DNA of 63,741 nt, filler included, from Octopus bimaculoides (Eukaryota): assembly GCF_001194135.2 (NCBI RefSeq). It is 6 parts of 6 records of this genome, joined end to end, with 100 filler letters (N's around TTAATTAATTAA, not from the genome) between each part and the next. Parts side by side here need not be neighbours in the genome. Positions count along the whole stretch, not along the records: positions 1 to 25,343 come from NC_068982.1; 5 more parts are not named here. One strand, 5' to 3'. The translations under genes and the position numbers were made by a program. This document shows positions 1-13,790 of this stretch, in pieces. How positions within the stretch are numbered: the first letter of the stretch is position 1; each line of letters opens with the position of its first letter. The notes below the pieces were generated by a model. That model searched no databases. It was not told the origin of the DNA and saw only the letters and a program-made list of their open reading frames with translations.

Positions 1-1784
1 TATATATATATAAAGAGATCCGTGAAGCAAAATTATGCATACCCGAGAGAGAATGAAAGGTGCTTCACGATTAAGGAGTCGATTGAAAAGAGCTTAAATA
101 GATGATTCTTCTCTGCAGTGTGTGTACGCATGTGTGTACTGAGAAGTTTGTATGTCTATTATGGTTTGTTGTGTTGCATGAGCGTTTGTACGTATGTATT
201 CAAGCATGAATATTTGTAGAAAGAATTATGTATGTGCAGTGTCATGTATGTATGTGTGTGTTGTGTGCGTATCTGTCTGTATCCTCTTCTCTCCCGTCCT
301 GGTTAAAACGCGAATAGCTTATTACGCACCTCGAAACATCACAACCATCTAAGCCAACCCGACTTGTATTTCTCTTGATATACACGTGAGATACACGTGT
401 CAATGTTCACATACCTAGGTCCAGCAATACATACCAGGCACACAGACATGGACTAAATCCTTCCATTTATAATGCCTATACACATTACAGCCATGTTTCA
501 CTCCATACACCACACAATAGCACTATTCACTCTATATATTACACACGCACACATTCATGCATAGAACATATACGCAACGTTTTTCATACACAATGCATAC
601 AATAATTGGCATACGTATACAAACTCACCACACACACACGCATATACACAATATACGCACACATAGCGTCACGCATATACACAAGATTCGCTTGCCATCA
701 ATCTTTAAGCTATGAAACATCTTTTCTTCTCTCTAAGTCTTTTCATCACCACTCATTTAAATCACACCATCACATGGAACTACATGTGCAATATTATTCC
801 ATGGAATATTTTCGCTTCTTTCTTTCCTACGTTTTCTTTGGTTTGTAATGAAGAAGAAATACAGTGCGGAACATAGAACACTTCATTCTTCTATCATCTA
901 GCGTTAAAATATTATAAAATTTATACACCCGTTCTTAGTTTTGTTGTAGACACATTCGCCAATTCAATATATAAGTATGGGCGTGTGTGTTTGTATAGAA
1001 GTGTGTATGTGTGGGAAACATGAATATGAATATGTGGAGAATTGTTATACAATAAAGTGTTTCTAGCCTTTAGTTTTTCGAATCTGACAGTTTGTTCGTT
1101 ATTGGTCCTTTCCAGCCTAAACCGGTGGAACAATATTTACAAGGGTAACAGCGGTGAATAATCATCGCCCAAAACATTCCTTATTGCGCCAAATATACAT
1201 GCGTACATATACGTAAACTCACATACACACATATATACATTTAAACACATAAATCTCTCTTGCTCACTCTAATTATCTGTCCCGTGCTATATTTATATGT
1301 GTGTATGTATATGTATATACGCGTATATATACTAAATATATAAAGAGAGAGAGAGAGAGAGAGTATGTATGTGAAGAAGATAGACATAAAATTAAATAGC
1401 AATACAGACGAAGAATCTCATGAAATTTCCTTTGAAATAATCTACAAGAATATTAAATGTAATGATAAATTGTGCGATATCTTTTCGAAATAAAGAGTAT
1501 AGTAATTGATCTGGCTTAAAAGGAAAATATCAAATTTCCGCTAAACACATACAGATAAATGCAAATTCACCCTCATATAACAAGATAGGCTACATACCAG
1601 ACACACACAAATACACACATACACACACATATATATGTTATATATTCTACATGTGTGTATTATATATTATACATATATATTATACGTGTGTGTGTGTGTA
1701 GGGAAATAAACATAAATATAGTAAAACGAATACTCTCATACATATATGAGGGTACTCACACACATACATATATATAAACATATG

Positions 1785-1826
<42 letters not shown>

Positions 1827-2241
1827 CATATATAATATACATATACATGTGTATATGTGTGAATATATANNNNNNNNNNNNNNNNNNNNNNNNNNNNNNN
1901 NATATATATATACGTACATGCTTATACACATACTGTACAAACACATTTATGCGCTACAATAATCAATAACCACATACAAAATTATCCTTACCAATCACAT
2001 ATAAACACATACACGCACAATCGTTGAACCAACCATAATCTCGCAATTGTTGTCATCGTTTGTTCCTTTCGATTTTACCACATGTTAAATATAACCATAT
2101 TCCAGCCGCTTCCATTTGGTTGCTTTCTGTTTTTTGCTGTTTTCATTTTTTTTTTCTTTTTCCGACTGTCCCAGTCCACCATTACAATAAATATGTTCCA
2201 CCATCAATGGCTCTTAAATGTATTTACACAACTAATACCAT

Positions 2242-2278
<37 letters not shown>

Positions 2279-2497
2279 CATCAGCCACCTATTACTCTTG
2301 GTGGATGACGCCTTTGCATCACTCAGGCGACAACTCCCCAATCCATGGGACTGTTAGGGCAGTCGTTGCTAGTGAGGGTTTTTGTTTTTTTTTACGAGGT
2401 CGCAGTGAAAATCCCAACTCAACGTCTTTTACGACACGCTGGTTTTATTTTTTGATATCCCGGTCTTCACACAGTACTAGAAGAACCTGAAATAGTG

Positions 2498-2499
<2 letters not shown>

Positions 2500-2581
<82 letters not shown>
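2500..2581. repeat. (ATT)n microsatellite
   Basis: About 27 uninterrupted TAT units. Confidence 0.97.
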
Positions 2582-2866
2582 GTGTGTGTATGTGTGTTGC
2601 TCAAAAGCACAACACGTTGCCCGGTCCGAAAATCGAGCCCACGTGTTTTCACAACACCGTGTGCTACAAAATAATTTTAGAGCCGTCCTGGGCGAAACTT
2701 CGCAATCACTTAGGCTGTACAAGTGTGTGTGTGTGTGTGTCTCGATGTACGTGTACATTAACGGCGAAACTTGAAGTCACAGTCCCACTCTGCTTCTGTG
2801 TAATAACTTGCTTAGTCTCTACTTTGATATTGGATTTTTTTCCTGTATGTTTTTGTTGTTTTTTTA

Positions 2867-2899
<33 letters not shown>

Positions 2900-2978
2900 T
2901 CGTGTGTGCACGTGTTTGCGCGTGTGTATGGGTTTATGTGTGTACATGTGTGCGTGTGTATGCACATAATGTTTGTAG

Positions 2979-2981
<3 letters not shown>

Positions 2982-3047
<66 letters not shown>
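2982..3047. repeat. (CA)n microsatellite
   Basis: Pure CA run; source of the spurious HT/CV ORFs. Confidence 0.97.
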
Positions 3048-3052
<5 letters not shown>

Positions 3053-3229
3053 GCATACTTATATTTTTGTTTATGTGTGTGTTTGTGTATATATTCGAGT
3101 ATTTGCATACATCATAAAAAAATCTTAAAACACTTTCCAGCATTAAATATTTACCATATTGTAGTTATATAAATCAATAGCAGAAAATTGTGACAACAGC
3201 AGTTACAATCATAATAATGATAATCGTTT

Positions 3230-3600
3230 CAGATTTTGTCACAAGGATACCAATTCTGGGGAGGGAATCAGTCGATTACAACGACCTCAGTGTTCAACTG
3301 GTACTTATTTTATCGACCCTGAAAGCATGAAAGACAAAGTCGGCCTCGGCTGAATTTGAACTCAGAAGGTAAAGACAGACGAAATGCCGCTAAGCATTAC
3401 GCCCAGGGAGCTAACGATTTTACCAGCTCGCCTCTCAATAATAATAATAATAATAATAATCCTTTCTAGTAAAGTTACAAGGCCTGGAATTTGGTGGGGG
3501 AGACTAGTGGATTACATCGACCCCAGAGTTTCACTGGTACTTAATTTATCGACTCCCGAAAGGATGAAAGGCAAAGTGGATGTCGGTGGAATTTGAATAA
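3230..3600 (-). mobile_element. Two tandem copies of tRNA-derived SINE family B (core GCCTTTCATCCTTTCGGGGTCGATAAA..AAGTACCAG), separated by (AAT)n
   Basis: Reverse-complement core ACTGGTACTT-TTTATCGACCC-GAAAG-ATGAAAG-CAAAGT at about 3297-3345 and 3530-3580; the same core recurs many times across the window. Confidence 0.8.
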
Positions 3601-3634
3601 TAATAATAATAACAATAATAATAACAATAATAAC

Positions 3635-4250
3635 AAAAACTGGTGGGAACACAAACCACCCCTTTACTTGAAAATGATCACATTGCACTCCTCTGGAACT
3701 TCACCATTCAAACTGACAGAAAGATAGACGCAAATAGGCCAGACATCATACTGAAAGACTTCAGACAAAAATCATGCCTCCTCATTGATATGACTGTCCC
3801 AATCGATATAAACGTATCTGTCAAGACCTACCAAAAACTGAGCAAATATAAAGATCTTGAAATAGAAATGAGCAAAATGTGGAATCTGAAGACGAAAACA
3901 ATACCTATTGTCATAGGTGCCCTGGGAATGACAGCAAAACGGGCTGATTACTACCTAGCTCAGATACCAGGAAACCCCCAAATGGCTGAAGTTCAAAAGA
4001 TAGTGCTCATGAGAACTGCCCATATCCTACGTAAAATACTGTCTATGTGATCTCAAATTTTAAAACAAACACATAATTTTCTTATGGTTTCTTAAACATT
4101 CACTAGAACAAAACTGTACAAATCCAAATATATGGTACCCTAAGCATAACACCTACATGAACTTCTAACTTGTTGTCTCTTGAGGTCTCTGGGTGAGACT
4201 TGGATCCAACTTGTACAAATGCAAAACAAAAGTCAAACATAAAACAATAA
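3635..4250 (+). mobile_element. R4/Dong-type non-LTR retrotransposon, 5'-truncated 3' end (restriction-like endonuclease) with 3' UTR
   Basis: ORF 3643-4050 has ILWNFTIQTDRKIDANRPDI..LIDMTVP..KLSKYKDL..IPIVIGALG (PD-(D/E)xK RLE); flanked by (AAT/AAC)n on both sides. Confidence 0.9.
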
Positions 4251-4264
4251 TAACAATAATAAGT

Positions 4265-4495
4265 AAAAGTGATACCAGTGGTGATCGGAGCGTTGGGCTC
4301 AATCTCATTGAAACTTCAAGACTTATTAAGGCAACTGGAAATCCTATGCAAGATTGATGTCTTGCAAAAAGCAGCCTTATTGAACACACCGCACATTTTA
4401 AGGAAATTATTATCAGTCTGAGGCCTTTGTTGTGACTTGACAGATGACTAAAGACTCCGGTGCATTTTTACCTACAATGTGTTACGAAGGAATAA
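4265..4495 (+). mobile_element. R4/Dong-type LINE, short 3' fragment of a different subfamily
   Basis: Translates VIPVVIGALGSISLKLQDLLRQLEILCKIDVLQKAALLNTPHILRKLLSV*, then 3' UTR and AATAATAAT. Confidence 0.75.
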
Positions 4496-4514
4496 TAATG
4501 ATGATGATGAAGAT

Positions 4515-5352
4515 GATGATGATGGTAAAACGATGGCAAGAAAAGCCCCTTCATGGCAAATACTGGGTAAAACTAAGCGCAAAAGTAATAGACAAAGCAA
4601 AATCCCAGCAATGGTTGAGAAGCTAAGGACCCAAAGCAGAGACTGAATGATTTTTAATTGCAGCACAAGACCAAAGCCTCCCCACCAGAAATTACCAAAA
4701 ACATATAATGAAAAGAAACATAACAAGTAACTGCAGAATATGTGGAGACGGACAAGAAACAATAAATCATATTGTCACTGGCTGCCCAGTCCTGGCTAAG
4801 AAGGAATTTATTCACAGATGCGACAAAGCTGGGACCTACATACACTGGAAGCTATGCCAACACTATGGAATAACAACAGAAAAAAGATGGTATAGGCACA
4901 CCCCAGTAAAGGTCACAGAAAATGAGAAAGCTACAATACTATGGGATATGCCAATGCACACAGACAGAGAAATTAAGGCCAATAGGCCAGATATAAGTTG
5001 TCAGAGATCATGAAGAAAATAAATGCTTTCTAATTGATGGTCAATACCAACAGATGACAGCGTTTCTCCAAAAGGAATATTGAGAAACTTTCAAAATACA
5101 AAAACCCGGAAATGGAAGTAACTTGAATGTGGAACCTAAAAACAGAAACAATTCCTATCATAGTGGGTGCATTAGGTTTGATAAAAAAATATTCAGACAA
5201 ATACATAGCAAAAACACCAGGACTAGCAAATATATATAACATACAGAAAATAGCACTACTAGGCACCGCACACATCCTACGTAAAACACTTTCAATACAG
5301 TAACTATAAGAGCATCACAACAAACTACAGCACATACCCAAGGCACACAGTG
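4515..5352 (+). mobile_element. R4/Dong-type LINE 3' part (CCHC finger + RLE), decayed
   Basis: WQEKPLHGKYW..WLRS..AAQDQSLPTRNYQK..CRICGDGQETINHIVTGC..HWKLC..ANRPDI; stops and frameshifts; close paralog of 56398-57570. Confidence 0.92.
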
Positions 5353-5921
5353 CTGGTGGTGGTGGTGGTGGTGATGGTGATAGTGGCGGTGCTGGTGCTG
5401 ATGGTGGTGGTGGTGATAAAGGAAAAAAATGTAGTGCAGCCGGCGGCGGGTGGGGTTTGTGGGGGAAATAGGAAGTTCCATTGCTCATGTATTTCCAAAG
5501 AATATCATATGTGTAAGGAGTATATACGTGAGTTGTGAAGCATTCACACATAATCCAAAATGTTTGGCAAATACCTAGAAATAACGCAACGGTATCTTGT
5601 GGGAAGCAAACAAAACTAGGCTTTTTTTTTTAAATGTTAAAGGAGAACAATCGATTAATTGGTCTATATTGTACTGTAGGTACTTATTTTAATGTATCCT
5701 TATGAGCTGAACACAAAATCAATGTCTGCTTTGTGTAAACATAGACTAATAGGCTCATACCTAGATGCCTTTTGGACAGCTCTTTACTATCACATCATCA
5801 CAACCATTACCCGGCCTAAAATTAATGATAATACAGTTAAATTCCTATTCGCTACAGTCCCAAATATCCATTTTATATATTCGGTAAGACATACTGGCGC
5901 AGGAGTGAGTGTATATGTTGG

Positions 5922-5922
<1 letters not shown>

Positions 5923-6000
<78 letters not shown>
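5923..6000. repeat. (GT)n microsatellite
   Basis: Pure GT run. Confidence 0.97.
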
Positions 6001-6004
<4 letters not shown>

Positions 6005-9000
6005 CCTACATGTTGAAGTATGTAAAGCTAGTTATATGTGTTTGAAACAAAGACTGCGAAACAAATAAAAGGCAAATAATGATAACCTAAGTTTTTGGAA
6101 GATAAACACTTCCGAGTAATAGAATTAGACTGGCTTAGATACACAAATACACACACATAAACATACACACAAACATGCATACATACACACATACACACGA
6201 ATACATACATACATACATACATACACGAGCACGCGTTCATATATGTAAGATACAGAGAGTTTGGGGCAACAGACAGGATATAGACTCACTGGAGTGGTGT
6301 AGAGATTCGAATTGTCGCTGTGATAATGAGATGCATTAGGGAAACAATGAATCAAAAATGGCTGCGACCGGATATGTTAATGTTTGGTCATGATAGTACA
6401 GGGAATAACGCTGTTCCCTTTATTCTAGCCAAATAGCTTTTTCTGTATTAAGTCATCAAATTGAAACGCAAGTTAAACAAACGTGCTGATGTATTATTAT
6501 CCTCTGTAGAGTGCTCTACAACAACGAACATATTTACTTTTATGCATGCCTACATATATGGATACATATAGTCACTCAGCTTATCCCTTCACACGAACAT
6601 TCATTCGTACGTTCATATGTCATAATTCATTTATACATACATACGTGTATACATGCATAAGCATATACATATGTTGATAACGAAATGATCACTAGTAACC
6701 TAGCTACGCAGCTATAGAGCTATGCAGAACTCAATCCAGACTCATTCAATGAGAATCATAGTAGTTACTAAAACATCGAATCCACGACAAGCACATATTT
6801 GAGCTTAAAAGGTGTGCATATAATTACGTACAAGAAGTTACATGCACTATGCTACTTAGAGTTACATTGACAGGAAATGCTATTTCCTACTGATTTTTCC
6901 GAGATAGCTGAAAAGATGAATGAAAACCTCTTCTGGGATACCTCGTACGTCACTCTGTATCCCCCATGCAAACAAATTCACACCCTCAACTCACAACCAC
7001 TACGTGAATCTCGAGCAATTGTGATGCAATGTTACAGTTACCAATCACTAATTACACCACCCGGCGAAAATCTACCAACATCACTTACACATATACACAT
7101 ACAAACACAGACACACATTCACACACTATACACTCACTTACACATGTATGTTTGTACATATATGCGTGTATTTAAGATTTTTTTGAGAATCTGTATGCGC
7201 AACTCTCAGAGACCAAGTTCACCTTGCGTATATGCTAGGTATATTTTCTATATATGTACGTAGATATAGATGTAGATATGAATGATGTATTTTCTTATAA
7301 GATTGTTTATGGGAAATAACAAAGGCACTTTGTATGATATGGCAGGAGTAAATACTTGTGGATAATATGTAAATGATACGTACGATATGTAGAATTTGAC
7401 TGGAAGGATCACAGTTAACTAAGGTCGATATGTTTATCGAATCTTTGTAGAATGATGTCTTCACTAATCCTAAAGAACAAAATAATGACGTGTTTGTGAA
7501 CTAACGGTTGTGTGCTGGCCTCTTGACGAGCTTCGCTTTTTGATCTGGACTTCAATATTTCAGTGTATTATAACATGTAAGAAGCGCAGTGTTACGAGCG
7601 CAAATGCGATTTATAGAGGGTAGCAACTTATCAGAATGAAATGTTGTCTAACCATGAAAAACTTTAATATGTATGTTATAGTTTATGCAGGCTTTACAAA
7701 TTTTAGATGTGCTCACCATCAAAAATCCATAGAGATTCTGAAACTGTGTATATATATCGTGCTCAAATATTTTAGGTTTTCGTTGTTTAATCATTTTTTA
7801 ATTGGTTAGTCAAAAGAAGAAATGCATCGGCCATACCCTTTGTAAGGGTCTTTGAGGATGGTAAGAGGAAGAGAAGTTGCTCTTAGACTGGAGAACCAAC
7901 CAGATTACTTGCAACAGCGGATTTCGTAAAAATGCACCATGGCCAGGTTTATAACACCCAAGAAGAGAAACGGTCCCACCCACGGACTCAACAGTTTTTT
8001 GGTACACCAACTTTTACTCGAATTTTTTGGTCGACATAAAATGCCCCACAGTACGATCAGAACTGAAACAATGTAGCATCTTTTTAACTACACATCTAAG
8101 CTTGTATCTAAATGGATAGGTTCATACGTTGTTTTCTTGACATATATAGTAATTATGTATTAGAGATGGTGAATGAAATTGAGTTGTCCTATCTTATTTG
8201 ATGACGGTTATGAGATTTCTATTAATGAACTGAAACATGATGTATCAAGTCTGAGTATGGATAGTAGCTGCCTGTTGAAGGTAAAGAAGGTATGAATGGG
8301 AAAATGATCTTCATAAAATCGCAAGGGATTTATCTAAAAAAGCGCGTAGCTAATCAGCGTAGAGAAGCAAAAGTTCGTAAGATCATTGGAAAATGCTCAG
8401 AAACAAAATATATTCCTTATTTCACAGTGTGCATTCAATAAATCTATTTCATACTGAAGGCATCTAAAATGCGTCTATAAAATTCTTTAATTTATATTTT
8501 TTCCCTTCTATTGTCTAACCGATATAACCACCCATTAAGAATGACTAGCAGTATTGATTCCGTGTATATAGTCAATTATCAGATATAATAGAGCACCGTC
8601 CTAAATTCCAAAGACTCGTTACGACCTTTTACATTCTGAGTTAACACAATGTAAGTTGGTTGCAGTCGGTCGATATATGCTGGAATGGGTTTTCACCCGA
8701 AATTTGTAATACAACTGATGAGTCACAAGCATAGATTTTTGGTAGGAAATATTACCTGGATATATAATTATCAGGGGTGGTCAAACACTTTTCTGAAGTC
8801 AACGTTAGCATTTCTTTCTCCGAAGTTTTGAAATGCATAAGCTGTGTATTGTATGGAGATAGTTCTCAATGATACTTGATTCTATTGACATCGCCCACAC
8901 AGACGTCATTAAAATAGAGTGTATACGTCATTATTTTATAATGACTTATAAAATAAAGTAGGGATAATAGATATTCACCATTATTTCTATTGCTTTTGAG

Positions 9001-9130
9001 ATTTTGGATGTTGGGACGATAGGACAGTAGCCGGCAATGTCGAAGAGAATGGATACACTAAATGCCTGTTTCTCTGTTTCTTCAGGTTTGGGATAAGTAC
9101 AAGACTTTGAGATGATGAGCAGATTTTTAG

Positions 9131-9234
<104 letters not shown>

Positions 9235-11180
9235 GAGTCTCTGTGTATGCTCGTTTGTGTGAGCGTTCATTTGTGTGTGTGTGTGTGATGGAATGATGAC
9301 CGTGACTTCGTCAACTTGTGAAGACGAGTCGTTACTGGAGAAATTTCGAAATCACAGTCCGCTGGCATTTATTTTGAATAAACTATTTAGATTCTTCGCC
9401 TTTATTGAGTCTTTTGTTAGTTTACGTTAGCCAATATTTTAAGGTTACTTATAAACATACAATCCAAGTGCATGTGTGTGTATGTATGCGCTCGGAATGT
9501 GAGTTCATATAATGGCTTCCAAATATATTACAATATACAAGCATGTCTTTTGTGAGCTTATTTGCGTTAAGATTACAAAATGTAATGTAGTGACAAATGG
9601 AAGCTATGTGTAAGACCTCAGAACATTTACAATACGATACTTAATGTGTAACATCGATATAATCACATTGACATAAGATAAATACCACTTTACCTTCTGC
9701 AATCGAATTGTATTCTATTGAAATATCGGCTTTATTCGTATTTCGACAGTGTATTGCAGGCCAGGTGTTAAATCCCAACCTTTAAAGTACTTATATAAAT
9801 TATGGACCATTTCTTTACAGAAACGATTGACAAAATAAATAAACGATTGAGCAAATATATGATTAATATAAAAGATAAGGAAGAATATGAGAGAAATTAA
9901 ATATAAACAACCGATTGTAGTAATCTCAAGAATTGCTGTTATAACACATATTATTCTACTTAAATCTTTATCTTCTTATAAGAGCTGCCGTAACAATACA
10001 AACATCTAATGAGGAGCAACAAATTTCAAATTAATGCATTCAGTTAAGTTAGGCAATGTGATTAAAAGCAGAAATTGTTTCTTGATCTTTTTTTTTTCCT
10101 GTCAACAAAATAGAACTCAAAACCAAAAAAAAAAAATCATAGATTTGGAATGTTTAAAAAATTATTGTAGAAAAATAAGCTTTCTTAACGCTGTTTTTAG
10201 GATTATTTTGTTGACAGTGATCATTCTACAAATAGAATGGCGTCACCCATGCTCCAATAATTCTTCTAGTTTAAATAAAATAATCTTTACTTTGTTGGTT
10301 AATATTTGCTGAGTGGGTGTTGAAAAAATGGTCGATTCATGTGCGATGAAAAATTAATTAGTTAATCAAATAATTAATTGATTAAATTAAACGTGTTTGA
10401 AAATGTGGAAGTGTTCAGACAAAGCCAAAATATATCTCTTACTTAACTGCACATTCAGTGAATCTATGTCACACTGAAGGTATCTGAACCTAATGTTATG
10501 TAAAATGAGCCACTGTTGAATACTTAGGCCTTATATTTCTCCGGCTTCCATTTTCTTACCGATATTACCATCTATTAACAATAGCTAGCAGTATTACTTC
10601 CCAGGGAGTAGTCAATTAGCAGGTAAAATAGAACATTGTACCAATTTCCAAAGACCATTTAGTTATGCTTCTTTACATTCTGAGTTCAGATCCCTCTGAA
10701 TTCGACTTTAACTTTCATTCTTTCGGGGTCAGTAAAGATAAAGTAGCAATCAAGTGTGTGGGTCGATTTGATCGCCTGTTCCTTCCTTCAAAAAGAGAAG
10801 CTTGCAACAAAGTTATAAATAATTATTACCTATGTAAGAGGGGTTAAGTAAAAAAAGTGAAAGGGTACCGAACCATGCTTGAAAATTCAATAAAGAACTC
10901 ACACAATAGTGAAATTCTCCATCTGATTAGAATTTTTGTCCGTGTAACTAACCTTCTCCGCTGTGAAGTCGAACACGAATAAAATATTTAAAATCCTCCA
11001 ATTTTATAGAACATGGTAACTGCTCCGCACTTATTTTTTAATCCTCACAATTACCACTTCTATGGGAAACATTGTGCTAATAAATAATAACGTTCCTTTA
11101 GGGTTATTGTTATGTCTCAAGCTACTGCTATCTAACACCTTCGGATGATCTCTACTCAACCGTTACACGACTGCTACTCA

Positions 11181-13018
11181 ACGTTTTCTTTATTTGGCAC
11201 TACGGCCATACCACAGAAGGGGACACTACAAGGAAGACACAACGCCACAATGGGGACACAAAACATAAAACGAATGACAATGAGATGTTATATAATCAAG
11301 AAATGAAATGGCTGCATGGGCCCCATAACCATGCAGTACCATTTGAATCGTTTATATAAACTATTTACCATCGTTCACTTTTTCTATGTGTTATTCTTAA
11401 TTATCTGTTTTTTCTCTCTTTTTTTTAAAATTATATTTATAACAAAAAACACTTTTTTTCCTTCTTTTTTTGTTCTTTTTTTTTCGATTTTTTTTTAATA
11501 CCTCATAAACGGCTCCAAGTCTCTGAGTTCGATCACTGGTGGCAGCTCGTCGAACATCACCGTTACTCCGTGCGGATCAATTTTGTTTCCGCACATGTCT
11601 TTTAGTTTCTCGTATGTGTCCCTATCGACCACAATGGCCTTCACATTTTCAGAGTAGACATCTGTTGGTAACTTAATTCTTATAATATGCTTGAATTTAA
11701 GAATTTTCTTCTCTGTCTCCTTGTTTTTTTAATAAGTTACAAAATTCCAATTGTTTTTCCATCTTCTTGATTTTTTCTTTTCTTCTTCTGTTACTGGTGT
11801 ATCTCGAACTCCAAACCATTTCTCCAGTTCATCGTCAGATGTTTGAACTCTCGAATCCTCTTCCTTCGCTGGGGAAACCTGCGTCATTATCACTGTTCCC
11901 TCCTCTTGTAAATCCACCTGTTTAGCAGTTGCCTTCTCTCTTTCTTTCTCCGTCAACTCTTCATCTGCCTTCCCTCTGGTTACAGCTTCCTTTTCCACTT
12001 CTTTTTCTGATTCACTGGTGGTGAGTTTGTTCTTCCACTCCTCCTTCATTTTCTTTCCACTACCGTGAATCCCTCCTCCGTTGTATTTTCTTCTGTCTCT
12101 GTCTGAACTACCTGGTTCGTGTCTTCCTGTTTTTCTGTTGGTTCACTCTGCGGGCATCTCGTCTTCATGTGACCTTTCTCGCTACATGCAAAACATGTAG
12201 GCGGCCTGCCCTCTACTTTCACTCTTAATTTTTGGTAGTCGGGTAGCGCTATCTCCTCATCAATTCTATTAAGGTCTTCCACTGTTGCCTGGATAGTAAG
12301 TTCGATTCCATATCCCCAATAATCCACACTCTTTGTTCTTGTGGCCTTCAGTATCTTGGCCTCTTCCTTCATATTGTACTTTATTGCTGTCATGAGCCAT
12401 GCTTCATCTAGTTCTGGGGGTACTTTGCCTACTCGCACTCTGGCCACACGTTTGCCACAGTACGACGGCAACAGCACCCATTCCTCCGATCGTATAGCTT
12501 CAGTAGAGTTCTTAATTGCTTCTATTTCTGTTGCAAATCGTACCTCCACAGTGGCATATTTTTTTCCTCTAGTTACAAAAGTTGTTTGCTTTCTGATACC
12601 TTTCAGGCACTCCTCGATCTCCTCAACTGTCGCGAGCTCTATCCTTCTAGTTGCCACCTTCATGGTTTTAAAAACCACAGTTCTCTTTCTTACACCGTCT
12701 GTCAGTTCCACAGGCGGTGTCAACGTCAGCGTGTCTCCGACCCTCGCCAACAACTTTTCACATTCCTTCATCTTCCTCGGATCAACCTTAATTTCGATTA
12801 TTTCCAGCTTTCCTTCCTCTGTTCCTTTTCCAGTCGCGGCCGCATAACCGTGGCCACCTACCGGTGCTTTCTCCATTTTCCACAACGAGAAGACACAAAA
12901 AACACGAACAATATCAACAATTAACAGCAATAATTAACATTCAATTTTTCAACAAAAAATACTCAACTTTGTAACTCACATAAAAACTCTGCGTCATCGA
13001 CAACTCAAATTCCAAAAA
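11181..13018 (-). mobile_element. L1/Tx1-like non-LTR element carrying only ORF1 (no ORF2)
   Basis: 5' UTR, then gag-like ORF1 with CX2CX4HX4C knuckle, about 315-bp 3' UTR ending AATAAAGAAAA; candidate 12-bp TSD GAC(T/G)GCTACTCA at 11169-11180 and 13019-13030. Confidence 0.7.
11495..12876 (-). pseudogene. LINE ORF1 protein (nucleic-acid-binding, CCHC zinc knuckle), about 460 codons, disrupted
   Basis: MEKAP...GRPPTCFACSEKGHMKTRCP...GFTVVERK*; continues after a frameshift in ORF 11729-12049 and in frame past TAA 11729 to ..ELRDLEPFMRY* (stop 11495-11497). Confidence 0.8.
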
Positions 13019-13790
13019 GACGGCTACTCAGACGGCTTTGCAGTCAGAACGTAAAGAACCGGAACACATACCGAAAGGTATCTTACCCGACCTTGTAACT
13101 GTTCTATTAATCCACTACCCTGAATTGGTACTTTTTTTATCGATCTCGAAAGAATAAAAGGAAAAGATGACCTCGATCCAGTGTTAATAAAACATATTCT
13201 AGTTATAAATTGATCTCGATTCAATCGATTGTAATTTTTCGCCTTATGCCAAAACGAAAAGACAAACAAAATATAATGTAGTTAATTATTGATTGTATAA
13301 CACCCGGAAAAAAGCAAGTCAACTTGATAGTTGCTTAATACTACCAGAAATTCAAAATAGAGTCGAATAATATAAATTATTATTCACCTGATATATTTTT
13401 TTAACATAAGATTCCTACACTTTAACATTGTTTGGTTGTTTGAGGTTTTCTTCTTGCTAAAAATTGATAAAAAATTTTTAATTTATAAAATTCAAGCATA
13501 TTACAAACTTTTAAGCATATGTATAAATAATAATTTACTGTTTTTGCTACTGCGTTATAGAAATGTCTCAGACTTAGTCAATCTATATCCAATATTGCTG
13601 ACTATTTTGTTTCTAATAACCTAAGTTACCAACAATATCCTTAGGGTTTTTAATTCCAAGAGTTAAACTCAACATTTGAAGGAAATTTTTACGTCTACCA
13701 TCCCTGATATTTGAGGCTCTACAAACATTACACTGACATAGAAAAACAAAATAACTTCTCCAGCCGAAAGTAGCTTTATCGACGAATATA

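Noticed and set aside
606-3172. Many 60-180 aa ORFs rich in CV/HT/YI/I runs (similar ones at 37841-38412, 45895-46290 and elsewhere)
   Set aside because: Translations of di- and trinucleotide microsatellites; no splice-supported or domain-like content.
8772-8790. CAGGGGTGGTCAAAC hAT-like TIR (and a pogo-like end at about 55006-55035)
   Set aside because: No matching second end or coding remnant found; too short to support as elements.
9293-9370. ATGATGA C-box-like motif suggesting a C/D snoRNA
   Set aside because: No CTGA D box or terminal stem at a suitable distance.
9810-9891. Acceptor-like TTTCTTTACAG followed by ETIDKINKRLSKYMINIKDKEEYERN*
   Set aside because: Short, AT-rich, no partner exon or recognisable homology.
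12341-12924. Plus-strand ORFs of 168 and 112 aa
   Set aside because: Antisense shadows of the LINE ORF1.
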